DNA of 64,000 nucleotides. Origin: Mobula hypostoma (taxonomy: Eukaryota). This document shows, piece after piece, positions 62,440-64,000 of this stretch; position 1 is the stretch's first letter, and each line of letters opens with the position of its first letter. Location: contig NC_086097.1 of NCBI RefSeq assembly GCF_963921235.1, positions 48,176,001 through 48,240,000 of the forward strand. The letters are read 5' to 3'. The notes under the pieces were generated by a model. It saw only the letters and a program-made list of their open reading frames with translations, was not told where the DNA came from and did no database searches. The position numbers and the translations under genes were made by a program.

Positions 62440-63150
62440 TATACTTTCTCCCTCACCATCATTCGTAGTACATCTTGGGAGCCTGTCGGGGCCACCTATT
62501 GTATCTGCTGCTCCCAGTGTGGTCTCCTCTACATCAGTGAGACCCGACACCGACAAGGAGACAGCTTCATCCAGCATTTTCGGTCTGTTGCTGCAAAATA
62601 ACAAAACTCCTGGTGGCTACCTATTTCAATTTGACCTCCCATTCTATACGGACATGTTGGTCCATGGCCTTCTCTAATGCCATGATGAGGCCTATCTCAG
62701 GTTGGAGGAGCAACACCCCATATTCTGTCTGGGTAGCTTCCAGTCTGATGGCATGAACATTGATTTCTGCAACTCCTGGTAATTTCTCCCCCCTGCCTGC
62801 TTTTTCTATTTGCCATTCTGGTAACTCTCTCCTCTCTTACCCATCACTTCCCTGTGGTTCCACTCCTCTCTCCTCTTTATTGGCCTAATGTTTTCCTCAG
62901 TCCTTCACCTCTTCTACCTATCACTTTCCAGCTTCTCATTTTATCTCCTTCCTCCCCCCCCCTCACCTGGTCTCACCCATCACCTGTCATCTTCTCTGTA
63001 CTCCTTCCCCCCACCCCCCAACCTTCTTATTTCAGCTTCTTCCCCCTTCCTTTCCTCAGAAAGAATGCTGGCCATAAATATCAACTGGTTATTCTTCTCT
63101 GTAGATGCTGCCTGACTTGCAGGATTATTCCAGCCTTTTGTGCGTGTTGT
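62440..63150 (+). mobile_element. Older Penelope-like 3' fragment with GIY-YIG remnant
   Basis: tgtggtctcctctacatcagtgagacccga translates CGLLYISETR; ctcaggttggaggagcaacac..ctgggtagcttccagtctgatggcatgaac matches 28020-28085. Confidence 0.75.
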
Positions 63151-64000
63151 TTTCCGCAAAGTATTTAGACCTGATTTTTTGAATGGATGCCTGTGGTCAA
63201 GAATCTGATTAGGTGCAGGCTGAGAAACTGCAGGTGGGTTGCAAGCAAAATTCCTAGTTGCTGGCCAAAATGGGAAAATCTAACAGCACTATCCTTTTGT
63301 TTTTCTTTATTGTTTAATATGGAATATCTTATTTTCTTTGAAAACAGGTCTCAACAACAGGGGTGTGATAAGAGTCCCAGTTTACTAACTATGGAGACTA
63401 CCTGTCACTCCATATGAAGTGCATGTCAAATGATCTAATGGACATGCTGCATTATATTTTTGTGAAGGATAAGCAATATTTTGGAGGCTTCCAATATGAT
63501 ACAGATGTGATTCAGCTCCCAGCTGTATGCTTCCCATCTCAGTGTCAGAGAAAATGGTGGTTGATAAAATGAACTGGTTCAAATTTTAATCTTTTTTAAA
63601 ATGAGCGTTCACTTTGCAATCAACCTGTTTGACAGCTCAGATACTTTTGTTTACTTCCACCACATTGGCATTTGCTAAATGAATCAAGATGCATTTGATT
63701 AGTTTATATATATCAATCCTATTTGGGGATTTATTGCTTAATTGGTGAACCCTCCTGTTCAACACTTTGGTCCTATATGGAGATAAGTTCAAAAGCAATA
63801 CTGTAAGATAACTGGATAGAGATGTAAAAAGGATTTGGCTGAGGGGCAGGCTAAGAGGGCTCAACAAATAAATATTCCAGAGGGCCAGCACCAACTTATT
63901 TGACTGAATGGTCTTTCTCTGTGTTCTATAGTTCAAAATAAGTGTAATATCTTCAGCTGACATGCAATAGCTTTAAGATATGGTGCATTCATGTCCTGTA

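Overview
Vertebrate genomic DNA, most likely from a cartilaginous fish (ray/skate); this is inferred from the repeat families, not proven. The window lies inside a large kinesin gene, most likely KIF26A. Two + strand coding exons are visible (15225-15731 and 33914-34083); the rest appears intronic and is repeat-rich. The best-preserved insertions are: a 5'-truncated L1-clade LINE with an uninterrupted ORF2 remnant and an 18-bp target-site duplication (TSD); a complete but frameshifted Ty3/Gypsy LTR element with a 5-bp TSD; a decayed full-length Tc1 transposon; and an inverted Penelope-like (GIY-YIG) insertion. There are also many CR1, Rex1/Babar, SINE and MITE fragments. Two signals stand out. 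(1) The Gypsy element has no tRNA primer-binding site; its 26-nt leader instead carries a perfect 16-nt complement of the poly(A)-signal region of its own LTR, suggesting self-priming and/or poly(A)-signal occlusion. (2) The abundant Penelope-derived repeats carry a minimal hammerhead-ribozyme motif and occur as TSD-flanked palindromic mini-elements. Family assignments come from motif recognition only; no database searches were run.
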